DNA of 64,000 nt from Octopus sinensis (GCF_006345805.1 NC_042999.1:77562001-77626000), one strand, 5' to 3'; positions 12,086-23,727 are shown, counted from the stretch's first letter. Program-made: numbers and translations. The notes: generated by a model not told the origin, from the sequence alone.

Positions 12086-13738
12086 CTATTTAGGGCAAGC
12101 ATTTGCAATTAGGCCCCTTCCACGCCCTCGACCTACCATAGCTGCAAAACAAGGCCTGCTAGGTACATCTCTTTGCATAGCCACTTGTTGTCGGTAGGAG
12201 GGAGTCACTACCCGTGGTCCCGAAGAAATACTACTGGTTAAAGATGGAAAGTCCGTCTCCGATATATGTGAAGGTTTTGGTGTCGAGCTTACCCACGCCC
12301 GAGAAGCTGTAGTCGATGCTGGTAACTGGCTCCTTGTATTTGATAGATTGGGAAAAACGGGTTCAAATTGGAATGGATTCTGCAGAACTTCGTTTTCCTC
12401 AGAGATATGATTTAGTTCACTGTCACATTCGCTTACAGTATCAGAAACACTAACGTTATGACTGCAACAATTAGATTCATTCTCTGATTTCGTTCCAAAT
12501 GGATGTAGGTCCTTATTATGATCGAAATAGCTGTGTTTTGTGGCACAAGTAACATTAGCGTTAGTAAGTGGTTTTCGGAGAGCTTCCAATTCTTCATCAT
12601 CTGCAGAAAAATTCTGCTTAACCTTAGGAGAGTCTTGTTTAGTGTTTTCAGACCAATGTTTGTTTTTCTCAGTAGCTGGACGGGAATAGTTGTTTTTTCT
12701 GCTGCCGAAGTGAGGAGGGTTTAACGACACGCCTTTACTTTTACTATCTTTTACGGGAAGATGCTGAGAAGTGAGTGTGAATTCATAAACGTTGACCAGA
12801 GAGTCAGACATGGCATACGCATATCTTCGAATAATGGCCAAACTACAATGAATAAGACTAGCCTGTTCATGCCAAGGACAACGAGTATTGGGTTCGTAAT
12901 CGAATGCAGTGGTTGTCAGCATGTCAAGAATTTGATATTTCGCGACAGAAAAGCCATTATGTTTAAACAAATCCATGACAAGCTTCTCAAGTGCATAAAG
13001 TTGAATATATTTTGACCGAGCACTTTCACTTCGTACACTTATCCAATTCAAACAGCTTTCAACTTCTTTAAAATCTCTTGACAAACAATAAAATTGTTTT
13101 TTATCAGAAAATTTAAGCAAATCCTTCCACAGTTGGGTATAATCAGATGTAGCCATTTCAAAGTTTTCTATAGGAATTTGATGAGTGTTATCACTGTGAA
13201 ATTGAGCCTCATATCTATAGCCAACGGGAATAGAACCCGCGTTAATAAATTGGTGCATCTCTTTAGTAATACCCTCTTTCATATTGTATTCCAAAGCAGA
13301 AACTTCAACTGGTAAGCATTCGTCATCTGAGGTTTTACACAGTAGCTGGAAATTTAGAAGATAAAACTTTTCGTAGAGTATATCCGAGTTATGCGGCCAT
13401 TTTGAGGTAACATCTCGATCTTGCTCAGCGTAAAATTTGGCAATTTCGTCGAGGGGTTCAGTGTGGCTAGAAATTAACTGTCCTGTACAGTCCAAACGCG
13501 AATCACTTTTCTTATTACTAGTGTTATTCTTTTTACGGGAATTTTCTTTAATTTCGCGAGACATTTTTTCATAAGGATATTTTTCGTTGGTTGTCATCAG
13601 CTTCCATTTGGGGCCAGCGATAGCAACAACATCTGCTAAGCCATTAGGGAAATTGTGGCCTTCTAGTTTCATTTCTTCCATCAACTGTTTCATATAATAA
13701 TAAAAAGCGTTATGTTGTATTTTCTTATTTGGTGGCAT
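12086..13738 (-). CDS. mael: Protein maelstrom homolog (HMG box + MAEL domain), single uninterrupted ORF, 550 aa from the first ATG
   Basis: N-terminal HMG-like box (NAFYYYMKQ...AGPKWKLMTTNEKYPYEKMS). MAEL domain motifs LPVEVSALEYNMKEGI, HQIP and YEPNTRCPWHEQASLIHCSLAIIRRYAYAMSD, containing the E/C/H/C zinc ligands. Low-complexity Ser/Pro tail ending GRGRGRG. The ORF-track start at 13774 is a GTG; the first ATG (aaaATGcca) is at 13738. Confidence 0.95.
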   Translation of the reverse strand: MPPNKKIQHNAFYYYMKQLMEEMKLEGHNFPNGLADVVAIAGPKWKLMTTNEKYPYEKMSREIKENSRKKNNTSNKKSDSRLDCTGQLISSHTEPLDEIAKFYAEQDRDVTSKWPHNSDILYEKFYLLNFQLLCKTSDDECLPVEVSALEYNMKEGITKEMHQFINAGSIPVGYRYEAQFHSDNTHQIPIENFEMATSDYTQLWKDLLKFSDKKQFYCLSRDFKEVESCLNWISVRSESARSKYIQLYALEKLVMDLFKHNGFSVAKYQILDMLTTTAFDYEPNTRCPWHEQASLIHCSLAIIRRYAYAMSDSLVNVYEFTLTSQHLPVKDSKSKGVSLNPPHFGSRKNNYSRPATEKNKHWSENTKQDSPKVKQNFSADDEELEALRKPLTNANVTCATKHSYFDHNKDLHPFGTKSENESNCCSHNVSVSDTVSECDSELNHISEENEVLQNPFQFEPVFPNLSNTRSQLPASTTASRAWVSSTPKPSHISETDFPSLTSSISSGPRVVTPSYRQQVAMQRDVPSRPCFAAMVGRGRGRGLIANACPK

Positions 13739-13885
13739 TTTTGATGTGGAACACAGTTCCGGATAGACTGACACTACGCACGAGTACCAACCAACTAAGG
13801 TGTATATAAATAAGAGTTATCGACCTTGGCACCGTAAGTGAATTTAACTGACAATTCTTTTTTTTTTAACTGGTAAATAAATACT

Positions 13886-14067
13886 TTTATCGGAATATAT
13901 CACATATAAAATCACAATAAAAATACAAATCCAAAACCAGGAGATAAAAATACAAAAGCGGAACAAAGAGTGAAAAACAAAAGAAAGCATAAAAAAAAAG
14001 AAAGAAAATGGAGAAAAACACAGTTTAAATTAAATTCGGGGAATTCCCAATCAAACTTAGGGGATTT
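13886..14067. repeat. ~180-bp direct duplication, copy 1 (mael upstream region)
   Basis: tttatcggaatatatcac...aaacttaggggattt recurs at 16755-16935 with a single A-run indel. Confidence 0.95.
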
Positions 14068-14069
14068 CC
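14038..14069. promoter_or_regulatory. Two kappaB-consensus motifs ~300 bp upstream of the mael ATG
   Basis: GGGAATTCCC (14039-14048, palindromic) and GGGGATTTCC (14060-14069) both fit GGGRNWYYCC. Function untested. Confidence 0.35.
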
Positions 14070-14932
14070 AGAATTCAACCGAAACGTTGCCGATTGGCAA
14101 GTTCCATATAAAATTATTATTTTTGAACAGTGAAAAAGTCAGTCGCGCACACGCACACACACACATTGATTGTCTCAATTTGCACGAGGACTTGAACAGT
14201 GATGCACTCACACACATAAATATATACGTTTTATGTTTTCACGAATCATCCGCTTGGGATTTGTTAACATATTTTTGTATATGTATGAATGCATGCATGT
14301 ATGTATGTATGTATGTATGTATGTATGTAGGTATGAGGTAGGTAGGTAACGGTTTGTGTGTAAGCTGAAACAGAAAGTACAGAAATAAAAATGTTTTACA
14401 GAACTTGCCGAACATATAGTTTCACTTTCTCGAGACTTATACCGATTGATTGTCCAGATTCCTATGTTTTCAATTTAGAAGATTACGATTTTGCGAAAAA
14501 AACAAAACAAAAACACGTTTTCAATATTTTAATCCCTCCTCCACCACCAATTTTTTAATTTGTGTCTTGATTTCGACTCATTTTTTAATCCACGTAGAAA
14601 AATACTGAGATTACGAATCCGGAAAATTTATATTTGTTTAACTTTACTTAGAAAATACCCCCATTATCCTCCCCATCATCTTCCCGCTTTCAAAAAGCTA
14701 AAAACTGCGTATGTTTTAGGCATGCGTAGATTTCTCTTGGAACAGCAAACGAAAAGATATCAAGCCCTCACCAGAAAACCCAGTATGCTAGAAATAACAG
14801 CTAATGTCAGGAAAATAGTTTTTTCTCTCATTTGACCACACTTCTTTTCTTAAAGATAAACGGCGTAATCACCCGTTAAAACCATCAAGTTTTGGTATTA
14901 TTTGATCCTTTCACCCGCATGATTTTCACTAA

Positions 14933-15510
14933 GAAAAAAAAATTGGACTTTTTGCATGGAATCAAGTACCCTGACCTTCTAATATGCTGTAAATCCTATA
15001 TTTTTTGTTCGGAAAAAAGTTTGGGGAAACCGGACCCCCCACCATATCCCCGTTTTCTGGATCCAAAAAAAGGGTTTTGTAGCATATTAGGAGGTGACTG
15101 GAATTCATTCAACGAAAAAAAAAAAAAAAATTCCAATGGTTCTGGGATATGGCTTCCCACTCACCCTTTTTTCCGAACAAAAATAAGGGGTTTGCATTTT
15201 ATTAGGAGGCCAGGGTACTTGATTACATGCAGAAAATTTGATTTTTGTTTTTCTTAGTGAAAATTGTGAGGGGGGAAAAGATCAATGGGAGGGGGTGAAA
15301 TTTCCAAGGCTTCCACCTCACCTCACCCCTTTTGTAGCATATCAAGTCACCAGAATTCATTCAACAAAAAAAAAAAAAAATTCCAATGATTCTGGGATAT
15401 AGGGGAGGGGGTGCCTCCCACTTTTTCTGAATAAAAATAAGGGATTTGCAGCATACTAGGAGGTCAGGGTTCTTGATTCTGTGCAAAAAATCCGAGTTTT
15501 TTGTTTTTTT
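14933..15510. repeat. Degenerate ~180-bp direct repeats plus an inverted partial copy
   Basis: ttttgtagcatat..gaattcattcaac(A)nttccaatg.ttctgggatat...ggaggNcagggtNcttgatt at ~15075-15255 and ~15330-15510; reverse-complement part at ~14933-15022. Confidence 0.75.
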
Positions 15511-16754
15511 TGCAATTAAAATTGTGTGGGTGAAAGGATCAAAATTTACCCAAATTTTCAGGTGTTTTATATATTTTGTACAATTTCTGAAAAATGTTCA
15601 TTTTAAATTTGTATCAAAGATAAGGTTTAAGTTTATATCAAAGACCATGACAAATTGCAAAATAAAATAGTTGGTTTCACTTGGAGTTCAGCTGTAGTTT
15701 TGTGCATGCACACAGCAAATGAAAATTGCTGATAATTTTTTTTTTCTTTTCTGAATCACAAATTTCCACTTCTATCTCAATTTTGATGCCAAGCAACATA
15801 TTTTCATATTGTGTTTATAGCAAATAATTCGTATTTAAGTTTACCCAGTTACAATTGTATTGAACTATGTTTCTCTGCAAAGAAACCTTTGTATGAAAAA
15901 ATGTTGTGCGTGAGTGTGTATGCGTGTGTGTGTGTGTGTGCTCACATGCATGCCTAGAAAGATTTTAATCGAGAAATGTAGACAGAAATTTTGTATCAAA
16001 ATAACTTACTTTACATCCCTTGTTTTCAAATCGTTGGATTAATCCCAGCAAAGTGCTCCAAGTTTAGTCACTGATCACGTGTATCTATATAATGTTGAAC
16101 TGCTATGAACCAGTTTGCATGTGTACACACACACACAGACACACATACACACACGCACACACACATAGATACATGATGGGCTTCTTTCAGGTGCAATCTA
16201 CCAAATCCACTCAGAAAGCTTCGGTCAGCCTGGGACTATAGAAGCAGACACTTGCCCAAAGTGTCTTTTTCTAAGTTTCTTACTACACAGCCAAGCCTAT
16301 GCCTATACACATAAATATTGTTTTAAAATAAGTTATACATACCATATAATAGTTTACATACCGTGTTTGCAATTCCTCATATAAATAAATGCTTACAAAT
16401 TGTGTGCAAAATGAAATGAATCCAGGTTTAATCAGATTAATCAAGTTAGTAAACTTTTAACATTTTTGTAACAACATATTCTCTCCATACATTTTAGGAA
16501 TGGAAAATACCTAATTAATAATACCTATGCAGCAAGGAGTCAAAAAAAAAAAGTAAGGGAAAAAAAGACATACTCATTGACCAATATTTTAATCTGTACA
16601 TAAAAAATATGGGTGGTAACATCAGACATGTTTCAGTGTTATTATACATCCTCAGCAAAACCTAGCTTTCTGCCTACTTGTTAAATTAGTAGTAATATGA
16701 ACCACTATATTGATGTACAATAATGGACTCTTTAAAACTTTCTGATATTTTGTC

Positions 16755-16935
16755 TTTATCGGAATATATCACATATAAAATCACAATAAAAATACAAATC
16801 CAAAACCAGGAGATAAAAATACAAAAGCGGAACAAAGAGTGAAAAACAAAAGAAAGCATAAAAAAAAGAAAGAAAATGGAGAAAAACACAGTTTAAATTA
16901 AATTCGGGGAATTCCCAATCAAACTTAGGGGATTT
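16755..16935. repeat. ~180-bp direct duplication, copy 2
   Basis: Near-identical to 13886-14067. Confidence 0.95.
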
Positions 16936-17649
16936 AATTTTGTTTTGAATAGGGGTGGGTGAGGAAAAATGTGATGTTTTTACTGCAATTTTGACTTTGA
17001 GACAAAATATAATTTTTACAAAAGTTCACTACCTTACAAAAACTATATCAACTAAACAAATGACCTTCCCTAGATGCATTAAAAGCATTATACCATAATC
17101 TGATCATGTAGGCTCTGTTGAACTTTGTTGCATGTGACCAATTGAGGTGCTTGGTGTTGAATTGATATTTTTCTTTCTTCTTCTTTTTCCTCTCCTTTCT
17201 TCTTTTCTTTTTCTTTTTCTTTCTTTGCTCATGTTTGTGTTTTATTCAGTTTGAGATTTGTATCTTAATGTGGTTTTGTATTATATATCTATCATATAGA
17301 TAGATGTTATATATCTAATAAAATAAAGATGAGTCTTTTAAAATCTGATCATTATTTCAGAAAATTAGTGCTGTTCTCTTGGAGCACATAAAAGACAAAT
17401 TTGTCTCAGGCAAAATGAGTAACACAAGATAATGTAAATTTGCCACTTCAGTTCTCCAGAAAACAGACTCATACATCAACATCCATCCCTAGACATCAGA
17501 AAGACAAGAAATGCAAAAGAAAAAAACAGAAATTTAAATATCTAGGTCAAATGCAAGAGGATCTGAGAAAAATGCCAACTTAAAGAAAACCCACAGCACT
17601 GAAATATGCAAATGACATCAAGCTATACCTTGAGATAAAAAGGACAGAT

Positions 17650-18500
17650 CCTGAACACTATAGATCTTTCATGTAATCAGACCTGGACTAGCAACTCAAA
17701 CAGGCTCTGGACTAGTGTACCGCCATGCATTTTGGGAGGAAAAACCCAGCATCCACATACTCCCTCCACAACACTAATATCAAGAAGTCTTCTTGAGAAT
17801 GTGACCTGGGCATTACTATCAGCAGCAATTTTAACTGGACAAAGCACATCTCTAAAATTGTCAAGAAGGCTGAGGGTGTCTTGACATCACTCAGTAAGAC
17901 CATTATCAGCCACTCTCCAGCTATCTATTTAAGGCTGTATATGGCTATGGTGTGGCCACACTTGGAATTTGCATCACCAGTCTGGAACTCCTATCTTGCT
18001 CAGGTTATTGACCTCCTGGAAACTGTTCAGAGTTGCGCAACCAAGTGAATACCCTTCGTCAAGCATCTACCATACTCTGAATGCCTTGCTTCCGTGGGCA
18101 TAGATACCCTGAAGCTCTGATATATGGCAACTGACTTAGGAAGCACCCACAAAATTATTAACCATCGCGCCAACAATCACCTTGAGCTCCACACATCTAC
18201 AAAGTCAGAAAACAGCACAGCTCCCATGACTTTCAGAAACATTTTTCCACACTCAGAGTTGTTGAAGCATGGAACAAGCTACCTTCATCAATTGTTAGTT
18301 GCCGAGACATTGCATACTTTAAAACCTCCATGCTTCATGATATTTGCTAACACTATACCTGATATCCACCCACTTCATACTCATGCACATTTGAATATCA
18401 TGACTCATACACTGTTCACTTTTTGACTTTTGTACATCATTCTATATACTGTACAAGCACCCTTGATGAGTTGTAGAGTACCTGAGCACTCATCATAATC
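17650..18500 (+). mobile_element. CR1-clade LINE 3' fragment
   Basis: Broken ORF ...MHFGRKNP...CDLGITISSNFNWTKHISKIVKKA...LYMAMVWPHLEFASPVWNSYL...LETVQSCATK, diagnostic of the CR1/L2 RT-distal domain. Confidence 0.85.
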
Positions 18501-18504
18501 ATCA

Positions 18505-19135
18505 TTGTTTAACGTCTGCTTTCCATGCTAGCATGGGTTGGACGATTTTGACTAAGGCTGGTGAACCAGATGGCTGCATTAGGCTCCAATCTTGATCTGG
18601 CAGAGTTTCTACAGCTGGATGCCCTTCCTAACGCCAACCACTCCGAGAGTGTAGTGGGTGCTTTTTACGTGCCACCGGCATGGGGCCAGTCAGGTGGTAC
18701 TGGCAACGACCTCGCTCGAATCTTTTTACACATGCCACCAGCACAGGTGCCAGTAAGGTGATGCTGGTAATGATCATGCTCGAATGGTGCCTTTTACATG
18801 CCACCGACATGGAAGCTGGTTAGCCGCTCTGGCAACGATCACGCTCACATGGTGCTCTTGGCACCCTACTAGCACGGGCACAAGTGCCAGTAAGGAAACG
18901 CTGGTAATGATCACCCTTGAATGTTGCCTTTTATGTGCCACTGGCACAGAAGCCGATTAGTCACTCTTTCAATGATCACACTTGTATGGTGCACCCCGCT
19001 AGCACGGATGCCAGTCATCGAATTTGATTTTGATTTCACTTGCCTCAATAGGTCTTTGCAAGCAGAGTTTATTGTCCAAAAAGGAAAAGGTATGCATATG
19101 TAGGCTGGTTACGCTCCTGGCATAGGCCACGAGGT
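18505..19135 (-). mobile_element. RTE 3' UTR tail copy with internal subrepeats
   Basis: Homologous to 8900-9345 and 51270-51930. Confidence 0.85.
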
Positions 19136-19790
19136 TATGGTCTCATTTGGCTTGCTAGGTCTTACAATAATTTCCTTATTATTATTATTTTAAAATGGCA
19201 CATAATATGAAAACTTGACTAAAAAAAAATTCATCATACATTATTCTCTACAGCTTCTTCACAATCTGCTGGAGTGTCCTCTTCATGATATATTTACACA
19301 CCATGCAGTTGAAGAGAAAAACTTAACGAAATTAGTCATTACTCATTTTACCCCATTTTAGATATTTTTTGAAGCTTTAAAATGATCAAATTAGACATTA
19401 ATGTGGGGAAAAATTGTCTTGGAATCCACAGAGTAAAGAATATTGATTGTTAAACACCAAAAATTATCCAGATATTTTATTAGCAACCTCAATTACAATC
19501 GGGTCAAAGTTAAGGAAAACTTCTTTGATAAAAGAGGACTTGCCATCTGACTGTGTTTCAGACTCCTTCAACTTCAAAGTTTAAGCTATGTCCTCAGGAT
19601 GTAGCTTAAATTCTGCATTATTTTAAAGGATTATTTGCATTTTGCATTAATGCAGGCATGTAAGTCTTTTATTTATTATTAAATATAATAATATAAATCA
19701 TTTACATGTTTTTAAGTTAACACTTTGTCATGATATTATAACTTTTTTATTCTTAAAGTTTCATCAAGCTATTTCTCTGTTATTTATGAT

Positions 19791-19822
<32 letters not shown>

Positions 19823-19832
19823 CATACATACA

Positions 19833-20057
19833 TTATTATGGCTGCCCCCTCGTTATCGAGTATGGCCATTGCACGAAGCTTAACTGTTACTGGTGCTGTG
19901 ATCAAATGTGACTTTTTAGCCCAGCTAAAGATCTACAATGTTTTGTACAAAATTGGCAACTAAAACCTTTACTGGTAATAGCCGGCTGTAGTTGCAACTG
20001 GGCTTCATGTACGTTTGCATGTCGTTTAAGTCCTCCTGCCGAATTACACTCTCTTCC
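19833..20057 (-). mobile_element. 5'-truncated RTE-type LINE 3' tip encoding C2H2-like fingers, inside a (TACA)n microsatellite
   Basis: Minus strand CGRECNSAGGLKRHANVH...CQFCTKHCRSLAGLKSHI, then ...ctcgataacgagggggcagccataataat tail; (TACA)n tracts on both sides. Confidence 0.6.
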
Positions 20058-20379
20058 ACATACATACATACATACATACATACATACATGCATTCATATA
20101 TGCATGCATGCAAGCATGGAAAAAAAAGGATAAGGTAGAAAATGCTAGAATAATTTTATAAAAAACATTTCAGTTCCGGTTTCAGTCACTGAGACTTTTT
20201 CAACTGTAAGTATGGAAAACAATTAAATTTTGGAAGAATTAAAAGAAAAGTTTTTTAAAAGAATATTTGCATAGTATTTAAATACAAGGGCATTTTCCTT
20301 GTTTCTGCCTATCTCTGTCTCTCTTGTTTACTCTTGTGGGTTCGAGGTTATATATATATTGATCGATCAGATGATGAAA

Positions 20380-20845
20380 TTTACGGAGAGAGTCATAGAC
20401 CAGTCCAGAGACGTGCAACCAAACGCATACCCTCCATCAGACACCTACCATATTCTGAGCGCCTTGTTTCCCTGGGCATGGATTCACTGAAGCTCCGGCG
20501 TTTGGCGACGGACTTGGTAAACACCCACAAAGTTATCAACCACCTCACCAACAACAACACTGAACACCTTTTTGATCTCCATGTGTCTAACACACGTGGA
20601 CATGCCTACAAAGTCAGAAAACAATACAGCTCCCATGACTTTCGGAAACATTTTTTCACGCTCAGAGTTGCTGAAGCATGGAATAAACTGCCTGCGTCAG
20701 TTGTTGACTGCCATGACACTGCATCTTTTAAGGCCCTCATGCTTTCCGAAATCCGCCGAAACTTCACCTGATTATATATACACTTTAGATGAGTTGTAGT
20801 GCACCTGAGCACTGTACACAATTATTATTATTATTATTATTATAA
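20380..20845 (+). mobile_element. CR1-clade LINE 3' end, young-looking
   Basis: Open frame PVQRRATKRIPSIRHLPYSERLVSLGMDSLKLRRLATDL...NTRGHAYKV...[21 protein letters not shown]; (ATT)n tail. Confidence 0.92.
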
Positions 20846-20849
20846 TTAG

Positions 20850-21885
20850 GGGGAGAATTAGTTTAGATGAGATGCAGTTTGGTTTAGTGCTACGGAAAAG
20901 CACCATGCTATATTTCTGGTAAGGTAGCTACAGGACATATATATAACCAAAAATAAACCTCTGTACTTTTGTTGACTTGGGGAAAGCTTTTGACAGGGTC
21001 CCCCAATCCCTTATCTGGTGGTCAATATGGAAACTAGGGATAGACAAGTGGCTGATGAGAGCTATACAAGCTACTTACAGAGATGCTACCAGTAAGTGAG
21101 GATTGGTAACGAGTACAGTCAAGTATTCAGGGTACAAGTAGAGGTTCATCAAGGATCAGTCCTAAGCCCCCTCTTGTTCATCATAGTTTTCCAGGTAATA
21201 ACAGAAGAATTTAAGACAGGCTGCCCCTAGGAGCTCCTCTATGCTGATAACCTTTTTTTTTATAGCTGAATCACTACCAGAACTAGAGAATTTCCAGGTA
21301 GTTCTAAAATCAAAGAAGTTCTAGAATCGAAGGGCCTTAGAGTTAACTTAACAAAAACCAAAGTCTTAGTAAGTAGGAAGGCAGACAAATCACAAGTCCC
21401 TTCAGGTAGGTGGCCCTGCTTTATCTGTAGAAAAGGTGTAGGTAGTAACTATGTAAGATGCACCCAGTGTAAGCTTTGGACACAAGCTAGAGATAGTAGG
21501 TAGCTTCTGTTCCCTAGGTGATCAAGTTAGTAGTGGAGTTGGATGCTCCAAGGGCATAGCTGTGAGCATAAAATTAGGCTGGGCAAAGTTTAGAGAGCTC
21601 TCAGAATGAAAGGCAGATTGTACTATGCCTGTGTGCAAACAGCTATGCTATATGGCAGTGACAGCCGAGGACATACATAGGCTTGAAAGAAAGGAAGCCA
21701 ACATGCTTTGCTGGATGTGCAATGTCAGTGTGCATGTTTGACAGTGTAAGCATCTTGAGAGAAAAGTTAGTCATAAGAGGTATCACATGTGGTGCGCAAG
21801 AGAAACAAATGCACTGGTATGGTCATGTGATGCATATGGCTGCGGATAGCTGTGTAAAGAAGTGCCGATCCCTGACATGGATTCA
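20850..21885 (+). mobile_element. RTE LINE RT-domain fragment, decayed
   Basis: FVDLGKAFDRVP...VHQGSVLSPLLFIIV...GCP*ELLYADNL, with frameshifts. Confidence 0.85.
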
Positions 21886-22580
21886 GTCTTGATATTTTTT
21901 TCTCATCCAATACCAGTTGACATGCTTGAATCTGAGAGCAATCTCTTCAATTTCATCTGCATCATGTCATAGAGTAATAATCCTCTGACATTCTTCTGCT
22001 ACTGCCAGCAGAGTTAAATTTTGGCCCTCTTCTAATTTTGTTAATATCTGGGAATGTATATCTGCATCTTTGCTTGCAGTAAGCCCTTCAACAAAAATTA
22101 GACACTTGAACATCTCCGGGGTTAACTTATTCAATTTGAATTTCTCATATGTTTGTTAACCACTCCAGCATAGGTGATGAAAAATTTTCATCATCTTTTT
22201 AGACTAAATTTAAACATTGCCAGTAAGTATTGAACAGGGAACTTCTTACTATATTTTTCATGTTCAGTAGGGGATTACTTTCTTAAAAGTAATCATACCT
22301 TTTTCTTGTTGGACCAACTTTTACATTCTTCTTTGAAGATTTCTTTGTATCTATGAAAATATTCAGAAAAGGTAATCCCTTCTTCTGGTTTATAGCTGAA
22401 TTCTTCAATTGAGTTTGCTATGCTGTGTGGTGAGTATGAACCTGAAGTATTTTCAGACGTCTTCAGCATTAATTCCAGCAACTGTTGGTTTTGTTGTTGT
22501 TACTGCTGTAGTTGTTGTTGTTCTTGCTGCTGTTGCTATTGCAACTACACCACGGAGGCCAATAAGTCTTCCATGTTAAA
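21885..22580 (-). mobile_element. Ty3/Gypsy gag relic
   Basis: Poly-Q, then SIANSIEEFSYKPEEGITFSEYFHRYKEIFKEEC...KKV*LLLRK and LTPEMFKCLIFVEGL...ILTKLEE; resembles K02A2.6-like Gypsy gag. Multiple stops. Confidence 0.75.
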
Positions 22581-22689
22581 ACAATTTCTTATATATGTTA
22601 TGTGAACAACATTTTAAAGCAAAGGTGTTTAATATTTAATTTCATATACAGAGTGCAATGGGTAAACTGTCACCATTTTATACTTTTAA

Positions 22690-23340
22690 TTTCGCACATG
22701 CACATTATTTGTTTTTGGTTTTGTTGACTACACAATATAGTAGGATCAGTTGGGCACCGTCTGTGATAAAAACAGCACCACGATGCAATTCACTCAGCCA
22801 GAAATTTGGAAATGACATGCTGTACTGCTTGGCATTTGCACTGGAAGTTCCAATACAAACATTTCAGAGTGTTTGGGTGCCAATCTGAGGACATGCACTG
22901 AGTGATAAAAATCAAACATCTAGTCAACATCATGGTGTTTGGAATGATCATTAGTGATGGTTAAGTTATGCCTCCATTCATCTTCCCACATGGCCTCAGA
23001 CTCAACATGGAGGCTTACATCAAGTGCCTGGAGGAAGTGCTGCCCTCGGTCAAGAGGGTGGCTGCTGGAAGACCTTATATCTTGCAACAAGACTCTGCAC
23101 CATGCCACACAAACAGGAGAACTCAGTTATGGCTGTCAGACAATTTCTGTGACCGCATCACACCTAACATCTAGCCACATAACTCCCCCAACTGCAACCC
23201 TCTTGATTATTATGTGTGGGGCACAGTTGAGTGAGAGACCAACAAAACTCCTTGTAACACCAAAGATGAAGTGAAGGCAAGGATTATGGCAGCATTCACC
23301 AACTTAAACAAGGAGACCATCCAGAAGAGTTGATGGTGAT
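22690..23340 (+). mobile_element. Tc1/mariner-superfamily DD37D (maT) transposon, internally deleted pseudogene
   Basis: KHLVNIMVFGMIISDG*VMPPFIFPHGLRLN...YILQQDSAPCH...*PHNSPNCNPLDYYVW. There are 37 residues between the QQD aspartate and the PLD aspartate (counted). Confidence 0.85.
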
Positions 23341-23727
23341 GTTATGCACGCTCACATGCATTATTATGTCTTGCATGAATGGAAAAAAAATTCCAAAAAG
23401 AAAAACATTGTTAAACAGTTTACAAGAAAACTGGAGTTAAATGTATGAAACGAGGTAAATTTAGTTAACCTCGCCATCGTCAGTGGTAATGACGAGAACG
23501 TGTTGCCTTGCTTCAGTGGTGTACACTTGGTGCAGTAATGATGTTTTTTCTTTGTTTTATTTTATAAAATATATTCATTTTCACTGATTTATTTGCAAAT
23601 TGTAACAATTATTTTGTACCTCCCGAGAAAAATAAAGGCGTTTCAAATGAGATATGTTTATGAATTATCTCCTCTTGGAATCGAATGTGTTGCTCTTCGG
23701 TTTTAGAAATTAGAAATAGCTCACAGC

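Noticed and set aside
12518-13315. Plus-strand ORFs overlapping mael
   Set aside because: Short antisense shadows of the real CDS, with no recognisable motifs.
13739-13774. 12-aa N-terminal extension of Mael in the ORF track
   Set aside because: Starts at GTG; in a eukaryote the ATG at 13738 (MPPNKK, just before the HMG box) is the plausible start.
19902-20093. Host C2H2 zinc-finger gene exon
   Set aside because: No splice sites, the first finger is truncated by a microsatellite, and it is followed by a LINE-like 3' tail.
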